Below, piece by piece: positions 51,640 through 64,000 of a DNA stretch of 64,000 nucleotides. Under the pieces are notes generated by a model. The model did not search any database and was not told the origin of the DNA. It worked only from the letters and a program-made list of their open reading frames with translations. How positions within the stretch are numbered: the stretch's first letter is position 1; each line of letters starts with the position of its first letter. Source of the DNA: Octopus sinensis (Eukaryota); assembly GCF_006345805.1 (NCBI RefSeq), contig NC_043022.1:11160001-11224000 (forward strand), written 5' to 3'. Position numbers and translations under genes: made by a program.

Positions 51640-53060
51640 AAATGCAGCTCCAGATGTAGTTAGGACTGAGTCATTTGTCCTAAAAGGAGACTTCAATGCA
51701 CATATTAGTACTGATCACCGGACATGGAAAAAAGTGACTGCGAGGAATGGCAACCCTGAACTGAATGCAAATGAAGTGGGCTTACGAGACCTCTCTGTTG
51801 GAAATGGGCTCGCCTTTTTGAAAGCATTCTTCCGGTATAGTGATATTCATAAACTTACCTAGTACAGGAATGCTTTGAAACAGAGGTCAGAGATTTGTTA
51901 TCGCCTCGGACCTCTTTAATTCTATGATGGAGGTTCGTGTAAAGAGAAGGACGGAGCTGTCAACTTATCACTACCTAGTGTTCTACAACCTGAGACTATC
52001 TACAGCAGGGAAAAATCACAAAATTGCGAGATCCAGTGCGACTCATAGGATAAAGTGGGAAGCTCTGGTGGGTAATGAGATCAGAAACAGATATGCCGAT
52101 GCTATTGCATCCAAATTCAGAGACTTTCAGGAACAAACTGAAGATATCGAAACTGAGTAGCAATCGTTATTTTAAGCAGTTTCTTCTTCGGTGTGACGTC
52201 AGGACTTTAAAAATTCCATTCGAGTAAAGATGGAAGCTTAGAAAGCTTGACTTTGAAACAGGTACCCTCTTTTGCGCATGGGGTACACCGAGGCGCGAAA
52301 GGTTGCGGCAGAAACAGTAAAAACGGGAGGATTCGTGGGCTAAGTTAGACCGACTTTATATTGACCATTGAAGTATCCTAGCGAGACATCCGCCGACTTC
52401 GTAACAATAAGCTCTCTTCCACACCTCCCATTAGGAACTCATTTGGGGTTCTTCTCAACGACGTGTTGCAACACGACTCCTCAAAAGGTAATCTCCAGCA
52501 TGCACAGCCGAGTGCTCCAACGCATGGATCATTGAGAGATTAGTCCTCTTTAGTAAGTCTTCCTAGTGCATTCTGCACGTTAGTGAAACATCACTGGGAC
52601 AAGTGGAGAAGCTTAAGTGTCACAGGATCATATTCACGAGTGATGGGAGGCAGGAGGCTGAATTGGATGCACCAGCATGATCCTCAGAAGAGGAGGGGTT
52701 GGCAAGCAAAAAAAAAAAACAAAAAAAAACAGAAAAGAAACCCAAACTTACTATATTCAATTTATATCTATCCTCACCTACGGTCATGAATGTTGGGTGG
52801 TGACCGAAAGAGTACGATCGCAAATATAAGCAGCCGAAATGGGTTTCTTCGAAGGGTCTGAGTAATATTTAGCTCGGTTATTAAAGAATCTATCAGGGTC
52901 AAGCCACTACTTCTTGAGAGGTCACAGCTCCGGTACTACAAACACGTGATTAGAATATCGTAGGAAAGAATCGCAAGACGGATTGTTCAAGCCGAGTCGA
53001 CCAACGGGATGGTTGAATAATTATTATCGTAGGTGGTCATGCTTGGGAAAGCAGCCATAA
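51640..53060 (+). mobile_element. Decayed RTE-clade LINE (endonuclease and C-terminal pieces)
   Basis: GDFNAH, VRVKRRTELSTYHYLV, RSQLRYYKHVIR-type segments. Confidence 0.65.
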
Positions 53061-53199
53061 AATCTAATGACGGTTGCTTCAAACAGGACTCTGTGGAGGA
53101 GGTACTTGAGGTCTCTACCACCACGACCCTCACAGAAACAGTGGGCGGAGAGAATGGATGGATATTTACACTGTAATGAAGAAAGCTGTACATATGTTA

Positions 53200-54975
53200 T
53201 GTATGTATATATATCATCTGTGGGCTTCATGCTTCTCATAGAGCAGCTTCTCGATGAGAAGCATGTAGCCTGCAGAGTTTATCAGCAAGACAACACATCC
53301 GCTTTCAAGAAAGTAACCTACAACACCTCTAAAAGCAAGGTGCAGGTGAAGCTCAGAGAAATGAAGGATTCCTGGTTCAGCAGAAGGCACAGAAACACAG
53401 TTTCTTTCATGTGACAACAAGAAGTTGTTCCTCAGAAGCTCAAGGACGCTTCTATTGTCCATCTCTACAAGGGAAAATGGCAGTCCTTTGGCAACCACAT
53501 AATAAATTCTCTCCTTGTCATCACTAGCAAAATACTCGCAAGAGTCCTTAACCGCCTCAACTTAGCACATGGAAAACGAGTATCTGCCAGAGAGTCAGTG
53601 TGGCTTCAGAAAGATCTGTGGGAAGTCGATATGAATTTTACTGCATGCCAACTTCAAAAGCAGTGCCAAAAACAGAATACAACGCTTACAGACCTAACCA
53701 TGGTGTTTGACACCGTCAGTTGTGAGGAGTTTTGGAAGATCATACGAAAGCTCGGCTGCCCGAACAAGTTCATCAGTAAGGTGCGAGAGTTTCAGGATGG
53801 CATGCTTGCTTGAGTACTGGGCGGTGGAAATTCTTCCGATGCATTTCTAACCGCTAAAGGAGTTAAGCGAGGTTGTGTACTCGCACTTATGCTGTTCAGC
53901 ATTATGTTCTCAGCCATGCTGTCAGATACATTTTACAACTACGACGAATCCAGCATCAAGATCACATTCGGGACTCGTGACAGTGTCTTCGACCTGCGGA
54001 GGTTACAGGTCAAGAGCAAAGTGGAGGAGGACTCAGAGTGCGACTTCCCATTCTCAGATGACTGTGCACTTAACGCCACCGCAGAAGCTTGGATGCAGCA
54101 GAGCATGAACTGCTTTTCCACTGCCTGTAACAACTTTGACCTCACAATCAGTACTCAGAAGACAGAGGTTATGTACCAACCTGCCCCGCAGAAGTCGTAT
54201 GAGGAACCAACTATCACCATCAAAGGGGAAACATTGAAGGCTGTTGATAAGTTCACGTACCTCGGCACACCCTCTAGATTCGTGAACATTGAAGATGAAG
54301 TTGGTACACGAATCACCAAGGAAAGCTCAGCATTCGGGCAGATAGGTGAATCAGTGTAGGTGAGGCATTAGGCTCAAGTTGAAGCTCTACAAAGCAGTTG
54401 TACTGCTACGCTTCTGTATACATGAGGGACTTGGACGGTTTACGAACACCACACCAAAAAGCTAAACTGCTTCCACATGAACTACCTGAGAAAACTGAAA
54501 ATCACCTGGCAAGACAAGGTCCCAGACACGGAGGTCTCCTCTCGAGCTGATCTGCCAAGTATCTACACACTGCTGAGGAGAGCGCAAATCAGGCAGGCCA
54601 GCTTGTTCGAATGTCTAGCACGCGACTCCCTAAGAGACCGTTTTACAGGGAACTGGCGGAAGGCAAGGGCACGCAAGGTGAGAAGAAAAAGCGATTCAAA
54701 GACACACTCAAAACCTCACTGAAAAGCTTTGAGATCAACTCCAACACCTGGAAAATTTATGCACAAGACTGCCTTGCCTAGGGAAGCTACACAAACAGAG
54801 GTGCCACCTTCGAACAGAACGGGATAACGCGAATACGCATGTCCAGAACCTACTCTTTACCTTCAGTCCGACCTACAGCAGAGCTTTCCGAGCACGCATC
54901 TGACTGATCGGTCACATTCAGCAGACACGCCGTGCCTCGTCTTCTCCCGTGTTGTGTCCTCGTCCATTAAGGCAG
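53200..54975 (+). mobile_element. RTE-BovB-like LINE ORF 3' part, decayed
   Basis: LPESQCGFR, GCPNKFISKVREFQDGMLA, LFSIMFSAMLSDTF, FSDDCAL, ISTQKTEVMYQPAP, VDKFTYLG. Confidence 0.85.
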
Positions 54976-57339
54976 ACGAATATATATATATATATATATA
55001 ATATAAAATAAATATAAGAGAGTGGTCACTATATGGCTCACTCTCTTATATTTATTTTGTAAAAATATTATAATATATTATAAAATATTATAATAATCCA
55101 GGTTTCTCGGAGCACTAGGCCACTTGGTGTTGAATAGATATACTATTAAATTAGTATCTAATTCTCTCACCCTTATTAATTAATTATATATATATATATA
55201 TATATATAGTGAGAAAAAAATATCTAAAACAGTTTGCTTCGGCCCCTCGCAACTTTGTTGGCTTCTTACAGAAACCTAGTTCGTAGGGCTCAGTTTGTGT
55301 GCGTGAAATGTGCGTGTGCTTATTTATATTTTGAAATGCTGTTGTTTAGTCCTACGTCAAACAAATCTATAATTAAATAAATGCCTTCCATCTGTGACTA
55401 TCAGTGTTTTTTGTGGAATGGAGGGCTACATTATCTAATATATCCTTTAACGGACAAATGTGATTCAAGGACTATTTAGCTGCTAATTGTAGCAGTTTGG
55501 GCTACCCTTGGAAGCTCGCTCATTGTTTGTTTGTTGCTTTTCAGCCTCAACATAGCGCTCAACGAGAACACATGCATTCTTGCCGTGACAATCCAGTTTT
55601 TTTTTTTGCGATAATGAGCATAACGTGTCTTTTTGAAGAATGCAGTGTACAATTTGAAGGAGATATGACGGGTATTTTTAGCAGGTCGAGCATCAGTTTA
55701 TTTGGCTTATGTATCTGCATAGTACTGTACTCATAGGATTTTAAAAAAATATTGTTTCATTTGTATACTCCTCGTCCAGTGACATAAACAAACATAACAT
55801 TACTTGTTATTAAAGGACAAGTGTCCACTACCCATCCATCACAACTGTATGGCCTTGTACCAAAGTTTATAAATTACTTATTGCTACCATCGTCGTCGTC
55901 ATCATCAATCTTCGCATTCATTATCTTTCTGCATTCCAGTAAGCGCTCGCCCAACAAACTCATCTATAAATGCGTTTCTCGCTTGTGCCATCGCCGTCAC
56001 CATCACTATCTACTACTCTCTGTTATGACCCCTTCCTTTTTACTACGAGCTCCTTTACGCATGCCTTTCGTAGTCCTTATTTTTTCACGGATTCTGTCCA
56101 GCCTCCCCATATTAAAAAAAAAATTCCTCTTACATTAATTATTTGATTTATTTATTTTGTATTTTACTTCTCTTCAGTACCTTCATATCATCTCTTTCTC
56201 TCTCTCTTTCATACATACATACATACATATATCTTACTCATTCACTCATGCCGTTACCCACCTCTACAGACATATCCCCACCCACTACTTTGCTTTACTT
56301 TTTACAGCCTTTTCCACTTTATATCATACAACGCTCTCCCGCCCTATCCCCGCCTTTCTTTATGTCAATTTTCCTCTAACACCCCCCGCCTACTTGCTTG
56401 TCTCACTAGTGCCGACCTGTGGTAATTCCTCAGTCTTTCAGTCTAGGTTGGTTAGCATCTCACAAACACGAAAACTTTTTCCGTAGCAAGAACACTTAGA
56501 AAAACACATTATTTCAATGCATGCATTCATGTGCCCTCACTCACGCGGGCACATAAACTACTAGCATACGCACACACTAGCATAAATATATATACACACA
56601 CGCACTAACACACACAAACAGAGGGTGTACATATCTTTATATAAATACATACAGGGATTAGATTTTAAGGGATTATTACAAACTATTTAACAGAGAAAAT
56701 ATAGATAGATACAGATTTATGAAAAAGTTACATGAAACCAACAAGACATCAACTGTCTTCCACTGATAAATTAAACAGCATTTCTATCTTTGGATATGAA
56801 GGATTTCTAGGAAGATTCTGTGCGGTCATTTTGTACGGATATTGAACTGGGCGAAAGGCCAAGGAGGCCTAAAGTGCAAAACATTCACCTTAAGAGATGT
56901 CCAACCAGACAGTCTTATTATTACTTTTATTAATAGGGATCGGACTTACTCATTCGATCAACCTCGCTGCTCATTCGATCAACCTCGTAAGTAAACTATT
57001 ACATTGCTATACATAATACTATTTTTTCATATTTTTATTAATTTATTTGAAATATATATATTATCATGACTCCACCTCACTCTTTGTCACCTGTGTCTCG
57101 TTCTCTCTCTGTACATACATGTATACATACCTATCACTTTAACAATATAGATTACAGTAACTCCACCTATCTCTTTGTCTACAATCTTTCCCCTCCATCT
57201 CTCGGCATGTACCTGTACATTTCTGTTATACTACACACACACGCACACACATTACTAGGCTTTATGTTTGCGTCTCGTATATTCCCTTTTTCTTTATGCC
57301 TACTTCAACTCTACACCTTCTGTGGGTGTGTGTGTGTAC

Positions 57340-57388
<49 letters not shown>

Positions 57389-57714
57389 TTATACAAATTG
57401 TGCGCGTGCGTGTATGTTTATCAGACTCCACAGTACCTCATCTCCTTTGCCCTTTTCATTAAGTTTTGTCCCCCTCACCGCCTCAGTCGTTTCAGTTCTG
57501 CAACAGTTGACAAGGGAAGATACCTTTATCTTGTATTTCCCCGCATATTTTTTTCTGGCTTTCTTTTCTTTCTATGTTACACCTGACTGACTATTTTCTC
57601 TGACATAGTATGCCTAGACTGTTACTATGCGTATGTTAAACTTTTGTATGTTGGTGTATATGAGAAAACTTATATCGACAGTTATTTTATATTTCAGTAA
57701 ATTTGTAATTACAC

Positions 57715-57894
57715 ACACGCAAAAACACACACACACATATTATATATATACATACACGCACACAACACCTATCTATATACATATGCACACATACATAACA
57801 CACGTACATATATATTCACACATATACACGATGCACGTATATATATATATATATATATAATATATATATATATACATACATACACACACAACAC

Positions 57895-57927
<33 letters not shown>

Positions 57928-57940
57928 CACACACACATAC

Positions 57941-57977
<37 letters not shown>

Positions 57978-58135
57978 CATACACAACACACTACCTACAC
58001 ATAACGTATACATATTACATATATATACGCGCACACACACAAACATACATGTACACATTTTATACATGTCTGGGTAATGTTTTGAATATATGTACGTATA
58101 CACGCATTTATATACATTATGCATATATATAAAAA
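57715..58135. repeat. Compound (CA)n/(TA)n low-complexity tract
   Basis: Directly visible. Confidence 0.9.
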
Positions 58136-58509
58136 CATGTATATAAATATAAGCACACTAGAACATATGTATGTGCATTTAGATACACGTATACGAAGTA
58201 TTTGTGTATCTGAGCTTCGTTTGTGATTTTTCGTATGCGAGTGTGTGCCTGTGCGAGCATGAGAAATTTAAACCTAGTGCTAAGAAACTGTTGTCCGCAG
58301 AAATGTATCACTGAAGAAGTTGTGAGTGGTGTAGGAAATACAAAATTGGTAAACCGACAGAAGTTAAATTATGTGAGACAGTAAAACAGAAGAGGCGATG
58401 TCAACAATGTAGATCAAAATTATTTTAACTTTTAATTCATAAATTAATGTTTGTGTGCATATACACACATTTAAGTATGTATGCAATATATATATATACT
58501 CTATTCCTT

Positions 58510-58871
58510 ATTTGGCTCGTTCATTGAACTACGGTCACACTGGAGCACCACCTTGAAGGGTTTAATCAAAGAAATCGACCCCACTATTTGTTTAAAGTTT
58601 GGTACTCATTCTTGTGGTATCTAACTGAACCGCTAGTTACGATGGCGTAAACAAAGGAACATCGGTTGACAACCGGTAGTTTCCGCCAACCACGTTCGTT
58701 CACAAAGCACTGGTCGACCCAGGGCTTTAGTAGAATACACTTGCTCAAGGTGGCTTGCTTTGGAACTGATCCCGTAACCAGGTGGCTGCAAAGTGAGCTT
58801 CCGGACCACAAATACACATGTACATGTATGTATATATGCACATATATATGCATGTTTGTGCACACACACAT

Positions 58872-58911
<40 letters not shown>

Positions 58912-59055
58912 ATTACTCTCTTTACTCTTTTACTTGTTTCACTCATTTGACTACGGCCATGCTGGAGCACCGCCTTTTGTCGAGCAAATCGACCCCAGGA
59001 CCTATTCTTTGTAAGCCTGGTACTTATTCTATCGGTCTCTTTTGTCGAACCGATA
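58510..59055 (+). mobile_element. Cluster of SINE family A/B pieces separated by microsatellites
   Basis: ctggagcaccaccttgaaggg...; gactacggccatgctggagcaccgccttttgtcgagcaaatcgaccccagg. CpGs retained. Confidence 0.75.
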
Positions 59056-59058
59056 TAT

Positions 59059-59102
<44 letters not shown>

Positions 59103-59156
59103 GAAGTCTGCGTGTTTGATAGAACAGAAATAGGACTTAGTATATGAATGTAAATA

Positions 59157-59561
59157 TACGGATCTTTTCGGTTTGAACGGCAGTTTTTTTCTAGCGGTGT
59201 CATATGAAATTGTCACCCATAATTATGACCCTAGTATCGATCTATTGCATTTCAATCCGTTTTAGGGTTGGGGTGGGGGGTATCTTTTTTTCTTCAGAAA
59301 TGTAAATAAACCTAATCTGTTTCTTAAACGTGGGAGATATTCATACGGCACAGAATGTTTTCACCTCAATAGACGTCATTGATTGGTTGAAATTGAAGAA
59401 AAAACAACAACAAATATCTTACAAACTATAGAATTTTCTCAATAAAGCCAAGAGAAAAAGATGTTTTATAAACACATTCTACCTGTATACGAAGTTTAAA
59501 AGTGTTTAGTTACGTGGAAATTATTTTTAAAAACTGCCGTTCAAACCGAAAATATCCGAAT
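59157..59561. mobile_element. MITE, about 400 bp, with about 30-bp TIRs
   Basis: tacggatcttttcggtttgaacggcagtttt ... aaaactgccgttcaaaccgaaaatatccga. Confidence 0.85.
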
Positions 59562-59611
59562 ATACTTTTACATTTAATAAAGTGTGTGTGTGTGTGTGTG
59601 AGTGAGAGAGA

Positions 59612-59647
<36 letters not shown>

Positions 59648-61489
59648 AGCTTTGGTAGAACAGGTGAAGTGTTCCTAATGCAAAGGCATGTAAGTTTTTT
59701 TGTTTTACAGATAGATAGATAGATAGATAGATAATGAAAAATGATAAATGTAAGTTTATATACTGCTCTCTACATAACGTTTCACATTTGCCCTTTTTTG
59801 AAACCTCTGCACTGGATAACATCTAATACAAAAGTTGTACTGGAAGCAAACTGGATGAAGATACTCTACGTAGGGATCTGTGTGTGTGTACATATGGATG
59901 AGAGTAACACCTGGATAGGTCAGCACAGTCCAAGTCAGTTTATATTGGTAGCCACTGCCCAAACATGTCACACTTGATATGTATATGACTTTTCTGTCTT
60001 ATAGATTTTGTGTGTGTGAGCACGAGAGACATACAGAATGAAAGCTGGAGAGAGCGCGACTTTTCAATATTCATTTTTTTTTGCCCATCCCCACCTTTAA
60101 CTCTTATGATAATGTACTTGGAGACTTGTGGAAGCATAGGCAGTTGATTCAAATTTAGTCCTGTCCTTGTCTGGTAATCTGTCAACCCAGGAATAATGAA
60201 AGACTCATTTGACATTGGTGCAATTTGATCTCAGAAAATAAGGGGACATAAGTTATTAATTACATAATATATAGTCAGTATGATAATAGTGATGTTAAGT
60301 GGTTGAAGTAAATGCATATTTAATTTTGTTTCCTCTAAGTTTTGAGCTATGTTTTGGCTGAGCTTAATGACTACAGTAACTATGACCACTTAATGACCAC
60401 AGTAACTATGGTAATTATGTATTGACCCTCCATTTCAGTATCAGTTGACTATATCATTTCTTTCATTATACTGAAGAAAATTATTTTTATGAACCTTGTA
60501 TGGTTAAAAAGATAGCTTTGTAATCACAGAGTTCTGAGTTTGATTGTACTGCACAGCACTTTGAACAAGTGTCCACAGTTTTAGATTAACTGATACTTTT
60601 TAAATGAAACTTGGTAGATGGAAACTATGTCAGTGTGGATAGTATATGTGCATATGTGTCAAAGGATTGGTGAGAAAGCCAGTTCTGTAGCAATATTTAT
60701 TTTGCATAGAGTTGGATACTGTTTTAACATTCACAACATCAGAAGTGAATTGGTTACCCAAGTGGAAAATTTGTAACCAATGAGGCTATTGCTCACCAAC
60801 TTTCATATGAAATGAACAAATAAATAAGCATTATTACATCTTCTAGGAATGTGATCTAAATTTCTTTGATTGAAAAGATTGTGAGTTCCTATTAAAGTGA
60901 TCTTTGTAGGAACTAACAATGAGATGACTTCATGATGGACTTGCCTAATACCTAGATCCATTTCAATCATAACAGCTGTTTGACAAAATTCTGTAGTTAA
61001 TAATGCGAAATATTGAGTAACTGTGTCACTGTATGCATTTCAGACAGGCCTGACTGACAGAATTTCCATACCAATAGAGTTTACCTTGAAGTAGTTAACC
61101 TTGATCCCTGGGATGAAAATCCACTAGAGCAGATCAACCAATTGATTCCACTTGATGCTCCCAAGTCTCCTAAAGAATGTCATTCCTCTTCTCCACCACT
61201 AGTCTTCTTTAGAAAGCTAACAGGTAATATCTGCCTACCACAGCAATCATTGGTAAGGTGTAAGCACTTTACAAAAATTCCTAGTGTTAGGCAGCTAGCC
61301 TTGGCCTTTGCTTTACTTAGGACTGCAGCTCTATGAAAGAGACAATCTGTGAGAAAAAATGTGTCCAACAAAAAGCTACCATAACTGCTCACCTTCTGAG
61401 AATCTATGCAAATGCCGCAGACTCAGAATATGTCTCTATGTCACCAGCCAATAACTGTCTGTAATCTGGATGCAAGGCTGGCAATTTTG

Positions 61490-61670
61490 AAGATGGGACT
61501 ACTTAATAACATTACTCCCAGCACCAAACTAGAACTTAATTTTATTGACCTTGAAAGAATGAAATGCAAAGCTGACTCCAACAAGATTTGAACCCAGAAC
61601 ATGAAGAGCTGAAACAAATACTGCAAGGCTCTTTTCCAACAATAACAATTCTGCCAAATCACTGTCCATG
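61490..61670 (-). mobile_element. SINE family C copy with CpG decay
   Basis: Aligns to 35580-35780, but CG positions are replaced by TG/CA. Similarly decayed family B copies lie at about 60500-60650 and 63740-63860. Confidence 0.6.
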
Positions 61671-63527
61671 TCAACCAATTAATATTCATGATAGTTTCTT
61701 ACTTTGACAAAGTAATAAATTTATAATCGAAGTGATTTGATTGCTAATATATGATTGGTTTATTTATTTTATTACTGGAAAATCTTTGATAACTTGATTT
61801 GTTAGAAATAACCTTCATTACACATTAGAAAAAATGGACATTGGACAATGTAGTTCTTGATATACTAGCTGTAAAAAGAGGAGTCATGTTTGGAATGCCT
61901 TTGATTATAGACCTACTGCATTAAGAGTGATTTTAGGCTAAACAACCATCACCACTTCAACAGGGAGCCTCTACATTGTCAAATGACCTGGAAGGCATTA
62001 GCGCCAAATCTCCTTTAACTCACACTTCATTGTCTTGAAAAACAAAATGACACATTTGATCATATAATCCTCTATATCCACCAAAAAGATGGAGAAGTCA
62101 TAGAATGCCTTTGATCATAGGTCTGCCTAAACAGAGTTAACCAGGAGCTAAACTAAACAATCATAGAAGAACATGAACTTATAGGAGATGAAACTGCAGC
62201 GTGTTCCTGCCATAAGTCAATATTCATTAAGTTAGTATTACTTCCTATGCAATAAAGAATAAACACAAAAATTATTGTATGCAAGCCATTAGAATACTTT
62301 GATATAATCAGAGAATAATCTTTATGATTAACAAGTCTCTATGGTGGAAAGAGTCAATACCGACAAAAGCCAAAAGTTGTAGTTACTATGCTAGGCTATT
62401 TATTTCAGATACAGGATTTGTCTGATTTGTTTAATGTCTTCTCACTAAGCACACTATAACATAGTTCTTTGACTTTTGCTTTTTATTAGAATCTTCTGAT
62501 CTATCAGCATCCTGTTCAGCATGATGTAACAGCTGAAGATATCCAACACTGATCTTTATATAACTTTGCTGATGATAATCTGCTTCCAATGTACTTTTTA
62601 TATAAACATTTTCTGGCATTTGATAAATGGCATAATTTTTATATTGTGTGTGTGTGTGTGTACATATACAAATGTCTGTGAACATTGTTTATAAATTGAT
62701 CAGATTATTTTTATTTGCTAATGAGGTTTATTCTTCCTTTATATGTAAGAGGAAGAAATTTAAAAAATCTAAAATAAAGTGGCAACCAAAGAAATTAAAA
62801 CTTCACAGCAAGTTTTCAACTTATATTTCCAAAATGTAATTCTCTCATGTTCCATGTGGTGTTTTCCAACACAAGTCATTTTGCATTGAAATAAAATAAC
62901 TTGTTTATCTGAACACAAAGAGCATTATACGTCAAATTAATTCTACGTAAATAAGGTTTCACAAGAAAGCTGCTTCTAAAGGGTAACCAGTTCACATTGC
63001 ACCACCATCACGAAAATGTATCAAACTTCATCTACCCTAAATGTTTCTAATGCCATTTCACTGACAGTTTTCACTAGTCTTTTCTAGGAAGGACATTACT
63101 AATAGTTAACAGTCCTCGGTTACAAAAAGAAAAAAACTAATTGGGTGTTATCTTCTAACTGGGTAGGAGAGATTATGTTAAAAATATTTGCTGTATTGTG
63201 ACAGAAGAAAAGAGAGTAAGTTGGAAATAATGAGAAAGTGAAATGAGAAACAAAAAGAGAGGAAAAAAATAATTTGTTAGTAAGAAAGAACAATAGTAAA
63301 AATAAAGATGTATGTGGGTATTGGCATTCAGTATTAATATATAATGGTTGTGTTGCTTAATCTATAAATATTTAGTATCCTAAAAACAAGCCAGAAAATT
63401 ATGTAATAATTATATACTGATTCAGTTTTATGCTTTAATGAACTAAATGAAACATTATCAAAGTGTAAGAAGGACTATAATGCTAACAATGGATGTAAGC
63501 TAAGAAATTTTAACTAATTAAACTTAC

Positions 63528-63563
63528 ACCTGCAATTGGAATCACAAGCTTAATAAACCAGTT
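63528..63563 (-). CDS. Candidate 36-nt micro-exon (NWFIKLVIPIAG), unverified
   Basis: Acceptor ctttcttcatcAG and donor GTAAGT. Only phase 0 is open. It lies in the CpG-depleted domain, but no partner exon was found. Confidence 0.2.
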
Positions 63564-64000
63564 CTGATGAAGAAAGGTAATGGAGACAATCTCTAAATTT
63601 AAATTAGAACAAAATGTAGGTTATGCTCTGGGGAGTGAATTTGATCTTGGTGATATACTGACAACTAAAAGATTTCAGATTTATTAGACCACTAATTAGG
63701 TATGTTAATGTACAGTTAGTTAGATTTGGTAAACTCACTCTAGAAGTTTGATTTTCTAGTTTCAATCACACTGTACAACACACTGGGCAAGTGTCCTCCT
63801 CTGTAACCTCAAGCTGACTGATGCCTTGTGAATAGATTTTAAGAGACAGACTCTGCAGAAATTTAACTTTGTAACTGCCTACATGTGAGTGTATGTGTGA
63901 TCCATATTAAATTAAGAGAAGAAAATGGAGAGTTAGTGATTTATAATTATTGATAAATTGATAATCATTTCTTCCTACAGCTGTTTCCACTTATACTCAT

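Noticed and set aside
60857-60895. 34-nt pseudo-exon with good AG/GTGAGT sites
   Set aside because: Stops in all three frames, and such site pairs occur by chance in AT-rich DNA.
62431-62685. 84-aa minus ORF as a host exon
   Set aside because: Starts in a (CA)n tract, and the opposite strand shows ILFSMM and YNFADD traces suggesting a decayed LINE RT.
63564-63600. Hammerhead suggested by CTGATGA (also at about 3286, 19322, 25500, 36315 and 48170)
   Set aside because: No intact GAAA box with pairing stems I and III; at best unrecognisable relics.

Overview
AT-rich eukaryotic DNA with (TA)n/(CA)n microsatellites and recurring SINE families that I recognise as Octopus-type (the species call is inference). 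There is a 100-N scaffold gap at 23679-23778. I cannot confidently call any intact host protein-coding gene, and no rRNA, true tRNA or CRISPR array is visible. The window is mostly a mosaic of transposon remnants: mariner, maT, hAT, Chapaev-like DNA transposons, a MITE, and CR1, RTE, Tx1/L1, R4/Dong and Penelope-like retroelements. Main signals: (1) type I hammerhead ribozyme motifs in Penelope-like terminal repeats, two with a fully canonical core at 10021-10102(-) and 10653-10734(+). (2) Two different Tx1-like LINE 3' ends joined to the same nucleotide of the same mariner family (16956 and 44510), suggesting transposon-targeted retrotransposition. (3) A stop-free 422-codon frame fusing mariner HTH, RTE reverse transcriptase and a Chapaev-like C-terminus. 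(4) An R4/Dong-like element flanked on both sides by (TAA)n. (5) A CpG-rich promoter-like island near 49.3-49.7 kb and an abrupt CpG-depleted domain from about 59.6 kb, suggesting a methylated gene body. SINE labels A/B/C are my own. Coordinates of decayed elements are approximate and were read by eye.
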